A stretch of DNA of 64,000 nucleotides from assembly GCA_021824285.1 (NCBI GenBank), contig JAKAKZ010000003.1, positions 571-64,570 of the forward strand, given 5' to 3'. Position numbers and translations under genes: made by a program. Shown here piece by piece: positions 50,638 through 59,667 of this stretch. Each line of letters opens with the position of its first letter. The stretch's first letter is position 1. The notes under the pieces are model-generated. The model did no database searches. It had not been told where the DNA came from and saw only the letters and a program-made list of their open reading frames with translations. Source of the stretch: a bacterium (GTDB lineage: Bacteria > Patescibacteriota > Patescibacteriia > SG8-24).

Positions 50638-50672
50638 GGAAAAGACCGCCTTCAGGAGGCGGTCTTCTGTAT
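50638..50672. terminator. bidirectional terminator; the stop of convergent gene 50652-51335 lies in the loop
   Basis: aaagaccgcc-ttcaggag-gcggtctt, flanked by A-rich sequence on the left and T-rich on the right. Confidence 0.7.
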
Positions 50673-51335
50673 TTCTGTTGGCGCTTCGCCCAGTTGGGCG
50701 ACGATCCAGGTGCCGCGGTCAGCGGTCAGACGGGCGATGGGCACGGCGCTCGTCAGCAGTCCGACCAGCGGTTCCAGTTCGGCCACAGCGGCCAGATCCC
50801 CGATGCCGGCGTAAGCGATGCACCAGTAGAGCGCGCTGCACACCGATTCGCCGGCCGGGTTCGTCGGAATGCAGCTGAAGCCGTCATGGAACCTGAAACC
50901 GCAGGGTTCGCCGATGGCGCGACGCAGGAACAGGCCGATCGAGTCCGCGTACGGACCGCGGCCGAACCAGCCGTACCGTTCTTCGGTCTGGCGGCCCAGC
51001 CGTTGCCGATGCGCCAGCCAGAGCCTGACGGCCAGACTGTCATTAAAATTCAACTCTGGACCGTAGACGAACGGAGCATCCGGCTCGGTGAAATCCGCAA
51101 AGGGCTTAGGTGCCAGCTGGAGCCGCACTGCCTTGACCGTGCAGCCGGTCGCCGCGGCGATGGCGGCGGCGATGGCCTGCGTGTCGGGCGGCGGCGTGGC
51201 GTCCGCCGCGTTGAGCGATCCCGTCGCGGCCCGCTGCAGGACGGGCTCGACCAGGCGCAGGAGGCGCTCGATCAGATCACCAGGCACATCGTGGCGGCGG
51301 AGCGTTTCCGCGAGCTCATACCCAGATCTCGTCAT
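50652..51335 (-). CDS. hypothetical protein (227 aa)
   Basis: Clean ORF convergent with the GT4 gene. No recognisable motif. Confidence 0.45.
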   Translation of the reverse strand: MTRSGYELAETLRRHDVPGDLIERLLRLVEPVLQRAATGSLNAADATPPPDTQAIAAAIAAATGCTVKAVRLQLAPKPFADFTEPDAPFVYGPELNFNDSLAVRLWLAHRQRLGRQTEERYGWFGRGPYADSIGLFLRRAIGEPCGFRFHDGFSCIPTNPAGESVCSALYWCIAYAGIGDLAAVAELEPLVGLLTSAVPIARLTADRGTWIVAQLGEAPTEIQKTAS

Positions 51336-51471
51336 CCGTTTTCTCCAGGAAAAGGTCTAATTTGGCTAAGCCTGGCAGTTTTTGACGTATCAGTCAAGGG
51401 ATGGGTGATGATGGGCAAAACGAAAGGCGCGTCCGGATGACGCGCCGTTTTATGGATTATTCCGCCGCCGT

Positions 51472-53661
51472 TCATTTTCGCAGATATTTGAACACGTAGT
51501 CGCGGCCATCGGAGGTGACCCATTTGGCGTCTGCTTCCCGGCCGGCGCCGATGATGATTTTCTGGGCCTGGGACCAGTAGTGGTTCACGACGAAATAGAC
51601 CACGTCCGTGCCGAGGAAATCCATGGCCGCGAGCGCGCTGGCGCGGGAACCGTAAGAGGCGTTCATTTTTTCGAAGGCAGCATAGAGCGGACCGCCGGTC
51701 GGAACCGGATAATAGAAGACCGCTCCCGGACGTTCGGGATCGCGCGACATGAAGTAATGCCGGAAACCGAATTCGCGGATGGCGGCGGCGGACACGGCCT
51801 GGTCGGCCAGTACGGCATAAGTCCGTCCGCCGGCATCTGCGGTGATGCTCTGGACTGCCTCGACGTCTGCGGCGCTCGTGGACCAGCCGCGGCTGCTTTC
51901 GTACTTGTCGCGGCGCGGATAGGCGAGATAGCAGGAAGCGGTGATGACGGCGGCGCAGAGGAAAACCAGACCGGTCCGGAGGATGGCCGCCCGCCGTTCA
52001 AGGCGTTCCGCAAGCAGACCGGCGACATAGGCCACGGTCGGCGCCACGGACAGGAGAGCGAGATCGCGCATGCGGTCCGCGTAGAAAGCGCGTTCGTTGT
52101 CGACCAGGAAGTCGAACCGGACCACGGTCCGCAGCAGGACGAAATCAAGCGCGAAGACGAATAGGGCGACGGCATAGGCGACCGCATCCCGCGAGCGGCG
52201 GCGCAGGAGGAAGATGCCGAGCAGACCGACAGCGGTAAGGGCGGTGCCGCGCACCGCCTGCCAGGCGTAGGTGAAATCCAGGAGCGGCAGGAATCGGCGC
52301 GTGATGACGGCTTGGCTGCGGAGCGCGTCAAACAGCGTTCCGGCATCGCTGAGCGCGTTGCGGTCGAGCGTGACCGCGGCATCGGCCGAGAGCCGCGAAT
52401 TAATGATGAAGAGCGCCGGCACGGCCAGGGCGCCGGAAAGCGCCAGCAGGAACATGGCCAGACGGCGCGGTGTCGGGCTCCAATCGCGTACGGTCCGCGA
52501 GAGCAGGAGGGCGGCGGCGAAGAAGGCCAGGGGCACGCCGGCCAGCGGATGAACGGCGGCCGCGGCCGCGGTCAGGAGGAGGGCCGGCAACGGGGAAGCG
52601 CCGTCTTGGCCGACGGCAACCGGCAGGGCCAGGAAAAAACCGGCCAGCGCGAAGACGTCGGCCAGCCCCTGCGGCGTCGTCACGATGAACGGGGCCAGGG
52701 GAAAAACCAGCAGCGTCGAAACGGCGAAGGCGGCGCGACGCGGCGGCCAGCGGAAGCTCTGGCGCAGGGAACGGAAAGCGAGCGGCAAGACCGCGCCGAA
52801 GGCTACGGGCACGAGATAGCGGTCGATTTCCAGGACATGCCCGCCCAAGAGTTTGGCAATCGCCGTGACCACGGCATATTGGCCGATATAATAGACGGTT
52901 TTCGGCGTCATGACGCCAACGGCGAAAATCGCGCGCTCGGCGGATTGGTGGATGAACTGGTCGAACCCGAAGCCGACCGCGTAGACGGCTGCGGCAGCCA
53001 AGGTGATGACCGAACCGACGGCGACAAGCGGCACGATGGCGAATTCGCCCGCGTAGCCGGATACCGCCAGCCCGACGGCGAGCGCCGCAGCCATGAAGAC
53101 CACGGCGAAGAAGGCGCCCGGCACGGCATCCCATGGCGTGCGGATGGTGTCCGCGGTCGCGGCGCCGGAAAGCAGGGCGGCCGCGTAGACGCAGAGCGCG
53201 ACGGCGACGGCCGCGAGCGCCAGTCCGGTGAGGAAATGCCGCCGCCCGAGCCGCGATGGCTTGGTCTGATTGTCGCGGAAGAGCCCGACCGGGCGCGGCG
53301 GTGGCGGCAGCAATTCCGCGAACGGCAGCAGAGCCAGCAGGATGGCGACGCGGGCCGTATCCAGCCGGTCCGCCCAATAGATGAGAGCGCCAAGCACCGC
53401 GACGCCGGCAAAAGCCATCCAGGTGCCGAAGTAGGTCTGCCAAGCCACGGAAAGGTCGGGGAAGAGGCGGCGGCCCAAGATGGCACCCAGACCGAAAAGA
53501 TAAGCCAGGGCAAGAAGCGCGCGGACCGGAAGCGGTAACGGCAAAAGTACGGTCAGCGGACCGAGGATTGTTAAAATAAGCCCAAAACGGCTATAATTTC
53601 GGAGTAATCTGATGCTTCCCATGGGCCAAATTGTAGCACAAAAACGCGCCCTTTCGGCCAT
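51472..53661 (-). CDS. large polytopic membrane protein with C-terminal soluble domain (putative GT-C-type glycosyltransferase/polymerase)
   Basis: ~14 hydrophobic helices and a C-terminal ~150-aa soluble domain (…VFYYPVPTGGPLYAAFEK…). The start may be MGSIRLL at ~53622. Functional call is by architecture only. Confidence 0.45.
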   Translation of the reverse strand: MAERARFCATIWPMGSIRLLRNYSRFGLILTILGPLTVLLPLPLPVRALLALAYLFGLGAILGRRLFPDLSVAWQTYFGTWMAFAGVAVLGALIYWADRLDTARVAILLALLPFAELLPPPPRPVGLFRDNQTKPSRLGRRHFLTGLALAAVAVALCVYAAALLSGAATADTIRTPWDAVPGAFFAVVFMAAALAVGLAVSGYAGEFAIVPLVAVGSVITLAAAAVYAVGFGFDQFIHQSAERAIFAVGVMTPKTVYYIGQYAVVTAIAKLLGGHVLEIDRYLVPVAFGAVLPLAFRSLRQSFRWPPRRAAFAVSTLLVFPLAPFIVTTPQGLADVFALAGFFLALPVAVGQDGASPLPALLLTAAAAAVHPLAGVPLAFFAAALLLSRTVRDWSPTPRRLAMFLLALSGALAVPALFIINSRLSADAAVTLDRNALSDAGTLFDALRSQAVITRRFLPLLDFTYAWQAVRGTALTAVGLLGIFLLRRRSRDAVAYAVALFVFALDFVLLRTVVRFDFLVDNERAFYADRMRDLALLSVAPTVAYVAGLLAERLERRAAILRTGLVFLCAAVITASCYLAYPRRDKYESSRGWSTSAADVEAVQSITADAGGRTYAVLADQAVSAAAIREFGFRHYFMSRDPERPGAVFYYPVPTGGPLYAAFEKMNASYGSRASALAAMDFLGTDVVYFVVNHYWSQAQKIIIGAGREADAKWVTSDGRDYVFKYLRK

Positions 53662-54247
53662 TCCGGAGCCGATCTGGAATGATCACATCCGCGTGACTCG
53701 CGTGGACCGGTTTTTTGCGGCCACTTTCGGGCGCCTGATTCCGGCTTCCGTCAAGCCTAATCACCTGACGGTCCTCCGCATTTTCCTCGTACCGTTCGTG
53801 ATTCTGGCCCTGGCTCTCGAGTCCTACCGTTGGGCCGTGCCCCTGTTCTTCTTCGCGGCGCTGACGGATTGGTTCGACGGCGCTCTGGCCAGGACGCGCC
53901 GCTCCGTGACCGAATGGGGCATCGTCTATGATCCGGTCGCCGATAAGCTGCTCATCGGCGCGACTCTTTTCGTAATCGTGCTGCAGCACATGAACTACGC
54001 GCTTGGCCTGCTGCTTTTGGCGGTGGAAGCAGTGATTATCGCGGTCGGTTGGTGGCGCGTGCGCCGCGGTAAGGTGGAGCCGGCAAATCTCTGGGGCAAA
54101 TTCAAGATGGTGAGCGAAGTCGTCGGCATCACCGTGCTGCTCCTCGCCCTCTGGTTAGGCGTGGATATGCTGGTGCGCGTTTCGGCCGGCACGTTGGCCT
54201 TGGCCGTGGTGTTCGCGATCGTCAGCGTCCTTACGCGAATCAAATGA
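53612..54247 (+). CDS. CDP-alcohol phosphatidyltransferase family protein
   Basis: ALTDWFDGALARTRRSVTEWGIVYDPVADK matches D-x2-DG-x2-AR...G-x3-D-x3-D. Six TM helices. Confidence 0.75.
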   Translation: MLPMGQIVAQKRALSAIPEPIWNDHIRVTRVDRFFAATFGRLIPASVKPNHLTVLRIFLVPFVILALALESYRWAVPLFFFAALTDWFDGALARTRRSVTEWGIVYDPVADKLLIGATLFVIVLQHMNYALGLLLLAVEAVIIAVGWWRVRRGKVEPANLWGKFKMVSEVVGITVLLLALWLGVDMLVRVSAGTLALAVVFAIVSVLTRIK

Positions 54248-55917
54248 CCTCCGGTGTCCGCAAAATATGGTTGGGCGCGGCGGCGGTCGTGGTACTGGCC
54301 GCCGGTTATTCTTTTTTGGCCTGGGCCGCGCCGGCGCGGCCCATTTCGCCTGACGAGTCGGCGAACATGTTTTTCGCGCGTGAGGTCGCGGAGCGTTCGC
54401 GTCTGGCGGTACCGGAACCGCTGAACGCGCTGGTCGGCGGCATCATCCATCCGCGGAGCGTCCGTGCCGTCGGCGACCGGCTGCTGCCCGGCGGTTTCAT
54501 CGGCTGGCCCGTGGCTCTGGGAGCGCTGGGCAAGGCCATCGGCCTGGACGCCGTGCCGTATGCCGCAGCTCTCCTGGCGGCGCTCGCGGTCTTGGCTTGG
54601 GGGGCGCTCGTGAGCCGGTTTTTCGGCCGTGCCGTGGGTTTTGCCGCGGCCGCGCTCCTGGCGATCCAGCCGGTCTGGTGGTATTGGGCCTCCCGTCCTT
54701 ACATGCCGAATGCCGGCTTTCTCGTATTGCTGATCGGCAGTCTCTGGTTTGCCGTCGCCGCGGCCTTCCCGCGTCCGGGACGGTGGGCGCGCGTGCCTTT
54801 CTGGGCGGAAGCCGCCGTCGGCGGACTGCTTTTTGCCGTCACGTTCGCGGTCCGGCCGGCGGAGGCGCATTGGCTGGCCCTCGGCGGATTGCTGACAGTC
54901 GTCCTGTTCCGGCGCGCCTTGGATTGGCGGCGCCTTGCGGCTTTCCTCGCGGCGGCGGCTCTTGGCGCCTTGCCGTGGCTGGCGGAAAATTTCCATCTTT
55001 ACGGCAGTCTTCTCGCCACGGGCTACGGCCAAGACGCGCTCGGGATTCCGGTGGATGAGGCTCCGCAAGGCGGGGGAGCGCGTCTGCTCGGCGCCCTGCG
55101 GCCTTATCTTTTTCCGCTTGGCTTCGCGCCGCGTACGGCGTTGCAGCGTTTTTGGGAATATGCCGTTGCCGGCCAGCCGCTCTGGGCCGGGTTGGTGTTT
55201 GCCGCCTTCTTATTAGCATTTTGGCGCCTGCTTAATGCGGACCGCCGGTCGTCGCCTGATAGGAGAAATGCGTTGGGCGCAGAGCCCTATCGGGTAGCCG
55301 CCATCCTCGCCGCCGTTTCGTTCTGGCTGGTCCTATATTATGGCAGCTATGCGGTCCAGGATTTGCCGGCGGACGGCAGCGTGACGTTGGGGGTTTCGTA
55401 TTATCGGTACTGGTTGCCGATTTTCGTCGTCGGCACCGTTCCGGCGGCTTGGGCCGCGACCGTGCTGGGCGAACGGCTGGGCCGTTGGCGTCCGGCGGTC
55501 ATGTCCGTCTGTTACGGTCTGCTGGCCTTCGCTTCGTTCTGGCAGGTGTTCCATCAGCCGGGGAGCGGGCTCTTGGCCCTGCGCGCGACGCTTTCGCGCC
55601 AGGACGGCGAAGTGCAGGCCGTGCTGGCCGCTACGGAACCGGATGCGGTCATCGTCTGCGATCAGGCCGACAAGCTGCTCTTCCCGGAACGTCGCGTCAT
55701 CACGCCGCTGCGCAGCGAAGCGACCTACGAAGCGCTTGGCCGTCTGGCCGGTCGCGTGCCGCTCTATTACTACGGCATCAGCCTTCCGCCCCAGGACATC
55801 AGTTTTCTGCGTGATGTCCGCCTGGAACCGTTCGGCCTTGGAGTTGAGACGGTGCGGCCATTCCGGTTGGAGACGCTTTATCGCCTGCCGGTCGTAGGCC
55901 GGCCTGACGCTCTATGA
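54244..55917 (+). CDS. GT-C fold membrane glycosyltransferase-like protein (ArnT/PMT_2-like)
   Basis: N-terminal TM helix, a first-loop PDESANMFFAREVAER (DE motif) and ~11 TM helices with a C-terminal periplasmic domain. Confidence 0.5.
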   Translation: MTSGVRKIWLGAAAVVVLAAGYSFLAWAAPARPISPDESANMFFAREVAERSRLAVPEPLNALVGGIIHPRSVRAVGDRLLPGGFIGWPVALGALGKAIGLDAVPYAAALLAALAVLAWGALVSRFFGRAVGFAAAALLAIQPVWWYWASRPYMPNAGFLVLLIGSLWFAVAAAFPRPGRWARVPFWAEAAVGGLLFAVTFAVRPAEAHWLALGGLLTVVLFRRALDWRRLAAFLAAAALGALPWLAENFHLYGSLLATGYGQDALGIPVDEAPQGGGARLLGALRPYLFPLGFAPRTALQRFWEYAVAGQPLWAGLVFAAFLLAFWRLLNADRRSSPDRRNALGAEPYRVAAILAAVSFWLVLYYGSYAVQDLPADGSVTLGVSYYRYWLPIFVVGTVPAAWAATVLGERLGRWRPAVMSVCYGLLAFASFWQVFHQPGSGLLALRATLSRQDGEVQAVLAATEPDAVIVCDQADKLLFPERRVITPLRSEATYEALGRLAGRVPLYYYGISLPPQDISFLRDVRLEPFGLGVETVRPFRLETLYRLPVVGRPDAL

Positions 55918-57476
55918 ACGCCGATCTGCGCCTTTTTCGCCTTGTCGTCCGTTCGCTCGCCGCGCTCTCTGCCGCCGTGGTGCTCATCTGGCTGGCCGTC
56001 AAGGCGCTTGCGCCAGGCGGCGTCCTGTCGGTGACCGCCGACTTCATTCAACCGACGCCGTTTGTCAGCGAACCGATGCCTTCCGCCCGTCTTCTCTTTC
56101 CGGGCAATGGCGCGGCCGGCAACCGCGCGGAGATCATCGGCGAGCCGGTCTACGTAGACTTCACTCCGCCCCCCGGGTTCGATTCCGTGGACGTGGCCTT
56201 CCGCTATCGTGACGGCATTCAGCCTGACATCCGTATCGGTGCGCTCGTTTCCGGTCTCGACCAGTCCTTCGACGTGCGGCCGGCCGGCAATGCTCTTCTG
56301 GACGGCCTGCCTTGGAGCCGGATCGCGAGCGGCCGTTACTCGCTCTGGTCCAAGAATCGGAAATACGCGTCGTTCGATGCTTACCTGAATGACCCGCCGC
56401 CCCGCTCCCAGACTGCGGCGGTCGGTCGCGTGCCGCTGCCGCCCTTCCGGCTCCCCGGCTACGCGCCCTCCGCCGTCGCCCGGACCGTCACCCGATCGCT
56501 GCGCGGGCCGCAGCGGTTCTTGGCCTATATCAAGGGCGAGAAGTTGAATTTTTCATTCAGTATCCAGGATATGAACCGCGAGAGCGGCGCCGATCCGGTC
56601 GTCGTGGCGGTGTATCCGGCGGATGCTGCCGCGGTATCGGGACCGGTGCCGCCGCTGGCGAGCGCCGTCTTGCCGGACGATGGCGACGTCGCCGACGACC
56701 AAAAGCAGTCCGGACTGCGGACCGTGACAGTCAGCGCGTCGGGCTTGGCGGAAGGCGTCTACGCCGTAGAGTTCGGAGCGGACCAGGATATTTTCATCCG
56801 ATCATTCACTACGACCCAGCGCAAGGCGGTACTGGAAGGGCGGGCCTATTTGGGCGACCATGTCGGCTACAGCGACCAGTCGGCCGGGACGACCGTTTGG
56901 GTCGGCGGCCGGCGGATCACGGTCCGCACTGACCATCCGGAAGGGCTGCAGAACCTGACTGTCGCCGGTGCGCCGCTTGTCATTACGGAACTTCATCTCA
57001 AGGCAGCGGTTTCCCTGCCGAGTGCCGCTCCCGCCGCGGTCCGGACGCCGGCCGGCGATGTCCTGCTGGAGACCGACGGCGTCATCGCCCTGACCAAGGA
57101 CGATTATTTCGACCCGCTGCCCTTCGTGCCGGATTGGACCACCACCGCGGACGATTTGGAGCGGCGCGGCATCGTCGCCGCGGTCGCGGACTACGAGGCG
57201 CCGGAGACTGCAGGCGACGACCGTATCGCTCGGACTTCTTTCGACCTGCATTCGTTGGCGCGGACCGAGGACGGCGCCTATCGTTTTGTCCTGTCCGCCC
57301 CCGGTATCGACCTGTCTGGCCGCAGTCTTCCCGTAACCTCCGTGAGCTTCACCCTGCGCCGGCGTCCCGTCTCCTGGAGCAAGGCCTGGAGTCGCCTTCT
57401 TTCCGGCGGCAACGTCGGACCGGCGGCCGGCACAAGGGCGCCGGGCGCGGTTTCTTTCGGCGAGAACCCCAGATGA
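55914..57476 (+). CDS. hypothetical membrane-anchored extracytoplasmic protein (520 aa)
   Basis: N-terminal TM helix (LAALSAAVVLIWLAV). Translationally coupled to the upstream GT-C-like gene. Confidence 0.5.
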   Translation: MNADLRLFRLVVRSLAALSAAVVLIWLAVKALAPGGVLSVTADFIQPTPFVSEPMPSARLLFPGNGAAGNRAEIIGEPVYVDFTPPPGFDSVDVAFRYRDGIQPDIRIGALVSGLDQSFDVRPAGNALLDGLPWSRIASGRYSLWSKNRKYASFDAYLNDPPPRSQTAAVGRVPLPPFRLPGYAPSAVARTVTRSLRGPQRFLAYIKGEKLNFSFSIQDMNRESGADPVVVAVYPADAAAVSGPVPPLASAVLPDDGDVADDQKQSGLRTVTVSASGLAEGVYAVEFGADQDIFIRSFTTTQRKAVLEGRAYLGDHVGYSDQSAGTTVWVGGRRITVRTDHPEGLQNLTVAGAPLVITELHLKAAVSLPSAAPAAVRTPAGDVLLETDGVIALTKDDYFDPLPFVPDWTTTADDLERRGIVAAVADYEAPETAGDDRIARTSFDLHSLARTEDGAYRFVLSAPGIDLSGRSLPVTSVSFTLRRRPVSWSKAWSRLLSGGNVGPAAGTRAPGAVSFGENPR

Positions 57477-57477
57477 T

Positions 57478-57951
57478 ATGATGTCCGACCAGGAATATTT
57501 TGAACTGTTCAGGCGCGCTGTCCGCGCATCGCAGCGCCGGGCGACCGAATTCCGACGGCGGGCCGCGGCCGCGGCGCCGCGTCTTGCCGAGAGAGCGCGG
57601 CTGGCCGCCCCCTATGTGGCGGAGACCGGCCTGGCCGTTTTCGGGGCCGCGGCGTTCCTGATTGCGGTCTTGGCGCTGCTGGAATTCGATTTTCCTGGTC
57701 TGGTCGCGCCCTACATCGCGCCGCAGGTCATCGTCTCGGTACTGGTTCTGGGAGGCTTGGCGGCGCTCGTCGGACCGGCACGCGAAGAGCGGGGACGACT
57801 CGTACGGCTGCTGCCGTTCGCCTACGGGATCCCGCTCGCGGTGGCCGCCGGTGCCGCGGCATGGTATTATTTTTCACCGATGCCGGCCGCGCCATGGCTC
57901 GCTTTCGCGGCCGCGCTTGCCGCCGGCGTACCCTGCTGGATATTACTGTGA
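57478..57951 (+). CDS. hypothetical small membrane protein
   Basis: Three or four hydrophobic helices. Adjacent to the gene at 55914-57476. Confidence 0.45.
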   Translation: MMSDQEYFELFRRAVRASQRRATEFRRRAAAAAPRLAERARLAAPYVAETGLAVFGAAAFLIAVLALLEFDFPGLVAPYIAPQVIVSVLVLGGLAALVGPAREERGRLVRLLPFAYGIPLAVAAGAAAWYYFSPMPAAPWLAFAAALAAGVPCWILL

Positions 57952-57971
57952 AACTTTAAGGACGGATCCAT

Positions 57972-58385
57972 ATGACTGACTGCGTCTTCTGCAAGATCAT
58001 CGCCGGAGAAATACCATCGGACAAGGTCTATGAGGACGATTTCGCCGTAGCCTTCATGGATATCGCGCCGGCCAATCCCGGCCACACGCTCATCGTGCCG
58101 CGCGAGCATTCCGACGACTTTTCCGTGATGCCCGACGGCCAGTCCATGGAGCGGCTCTTCTCCGCGACGCGCCGCGTGGCGCTGGCCGCGCTCAAGGCGA
58201 CCGGCGCCGGCGGCTTCAATACCATCATCAATACCGGCAAGGACGCCAACCAGATCGTCATGCATACGCATGTGCACGTCATCCCGCGCTTTCCCGAGGA
58301 CGGGCTGAAGCCGTGGACCAAGAAGGACATCCCGAAGGAGGAGATCGCCCGCATCGCCGCGGAAATGAAGAAGCATCTGGGGTAG
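57972..58385 (+). CDS. HIT family (histidine triad) protein
   Basis: CVFCKI...GHTLIVPREH...HTHVHVIPR is the HIT motif. Confidence 0.8.
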   Translation: MTDCVFCKIIAGEIPSDKVYEDDFAVAFMDIAPANPGHTLIVPREHSDDFSVMPDGQSMERLFSATRRVALAALKATGAGGFNTIINTGKDANQIVMHTHVHVIPRFPEDGLKPWTKKDIPKEEIARIAAEMKKHLG

Positions 58386-58509
58386 CGCGCCAAGAACGGC
58401 AAGTCGGTCGTCATGGCGGATGCCGGGCCGCGCTCAAGCGGTACGTTTTTCGTCGGGGCTTTTTCCGGCATCTTGCCTCAAGCCCAGCCAGAAGATAGAT
58501 TTACCTCAT

Positions 58510-59526
58510 ATGAAAAGGATTCTCGTTACGGGCGGCGCCGGATTCATCGGTTCAGCCTTCGTCCGGTACATGCTCAACACCTACCCGGAGCTCGAGGTCG
58601 TCAATTACGACTGCCTGACCTATGCCGGGAACCTCGATAACCTGGCTGCGGTGGAAAACGATCCGCGCTACTCCTTCGTGAAAGGGGACATTGGCGATGC
58701 GGAGGCGGTTTCGGCCGCGCTCGCCGGCGTGGACACGGTCGTGAACTTCGCGGCGGAGACGCATAACGACCGGAGCGTGTCCGATCCCGGCGTTTTTGTG
58801 CGCACCAACGTCCTCGGAACGCATGTCCTGCTTGAGGCCGCGCGGCACGCGGGCGTTAGCCGGTTCCATCACATCTCCACGGACGAGGTTTATGGTGACC
58901 TGGCGCTCGACGAACAGCGCGCCTTCAAGGAGGAGGACGTCTACCGGCCGCGTTCGCCCTACAGCGCTTCGAAGGCCGCGTCCGACCACCTCGTTCGCGC
59001 ATACCACCACACTTTCGGCTTGCCTGTGACTTTGAGCCACTGCTGCAACAACTACGGGCCGCACCAGTTTCCGGAGAAGCTCGTGCCGCTTTTTGCGGTG
59101 AACGCCCTGCAGGACAAGCCGCTGCCGCTCTTCAAGAGCAGCCGTAACACGCGCGAGTTCATCCACGCGGACGATCACAGCGCGGCCGTGGATGCCATCC
59201 TGCGGCGCGGTCGCATCGGCGAGGCCTATAATATCGGCACGGGCACGGAGAAATCCGTGGAGGAAATCACAGACGCCATCCTGACGGCGCTCGGCAAGCC
59301 GGAGACGCTCAAGACCTACGTGCCGGACCGCCCCGGCCTCGACCGCCGTTACCTCATCGACAGCACGAAGATCCGCACCGAGCTCGGCTGGGCCCCCAAG
59401 GTCAATTTCGAGCAGGGGATGAGGGAAACCATCCTCTGGTACCGCGACAATCCGACTTGGTGGAAGCGGGTGCAGAGCGGCGCCTACCGCGAGGGCCGGA
59501 CGGAGAAGGCCCGCGTTCGGGCCTGA
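58510..59526 (+). CDS. rmlB: dTDP-glucose 4,6-dehydratase
   Basis: MKRILVTGGAGFIGSAFVRY...YSASKAASDHLVRAYHHTFGLPVTLSHCCNNYGPHQFPEKL is canonical RmlB. Start at the ATG at ~58510. Confidence 0.85.
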   Translation: MKRILVTGGAGFIGSAFVRYMLNTYPELEVVNYDCLTYAGNLDNLAAVENDPRYSFVKGDIGDAEAVSAALAGVDTVVNFAAETHNDRSVSDPGVFVRTNVLGTHVLLEAARHAGVSRFHHISTDEVYGDLALDEQRAFKEEDVYRPRSPYSASKAASDHLVRAYHHTFGLPVTLSHCCNNYGPHQFPEKLVPLFAVNALQDKPLPLFKSSRNTREFIHADDHSAAVDAILRRGRIGEAYNIGTGTEKSVEEITDAILTALGKPETLKTYVPDRPGLDRRYLIDSTKIRTELGWAPKVNFEQGMRETILWYRDNPTWWKRVQSGAYREGRTEKARVRA

Positions 59527-59535
59527 AGAATCCGC

Positions 59536-59566
59536 TTGAAAACCGCGCCAGACGCGCGGTTTTTTC
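59536..59566 (+). terminator. rho-independent terminator
   Basis: aaaaccgcgc-cagac-gcgcggtttttt. Confidence 0.8.
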
Positions 59567-59602
59567 GCATCGCGCCGCGGCATCGGTCGCGGCCGTCGGG
59601 GC

Positions 59603-59631
59603 TTGAAAAATTCCTTAAAATATGCTATAAA
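59603..59631 (+). promoter_or_regulatory. sigma70-type promoter TTGAAA-N17-TGcTATAAA
   Basis: gcTTGAAAaattccttaaaatatgCTATAAAag. It is followed by an AAGGAG RBS before the ATG at 59668. Confidence 0.55.
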
Positions 59632-59667
59632 AGCAGCGGTTCTTTTCCTGTTCCGTAAGACAAGGAG

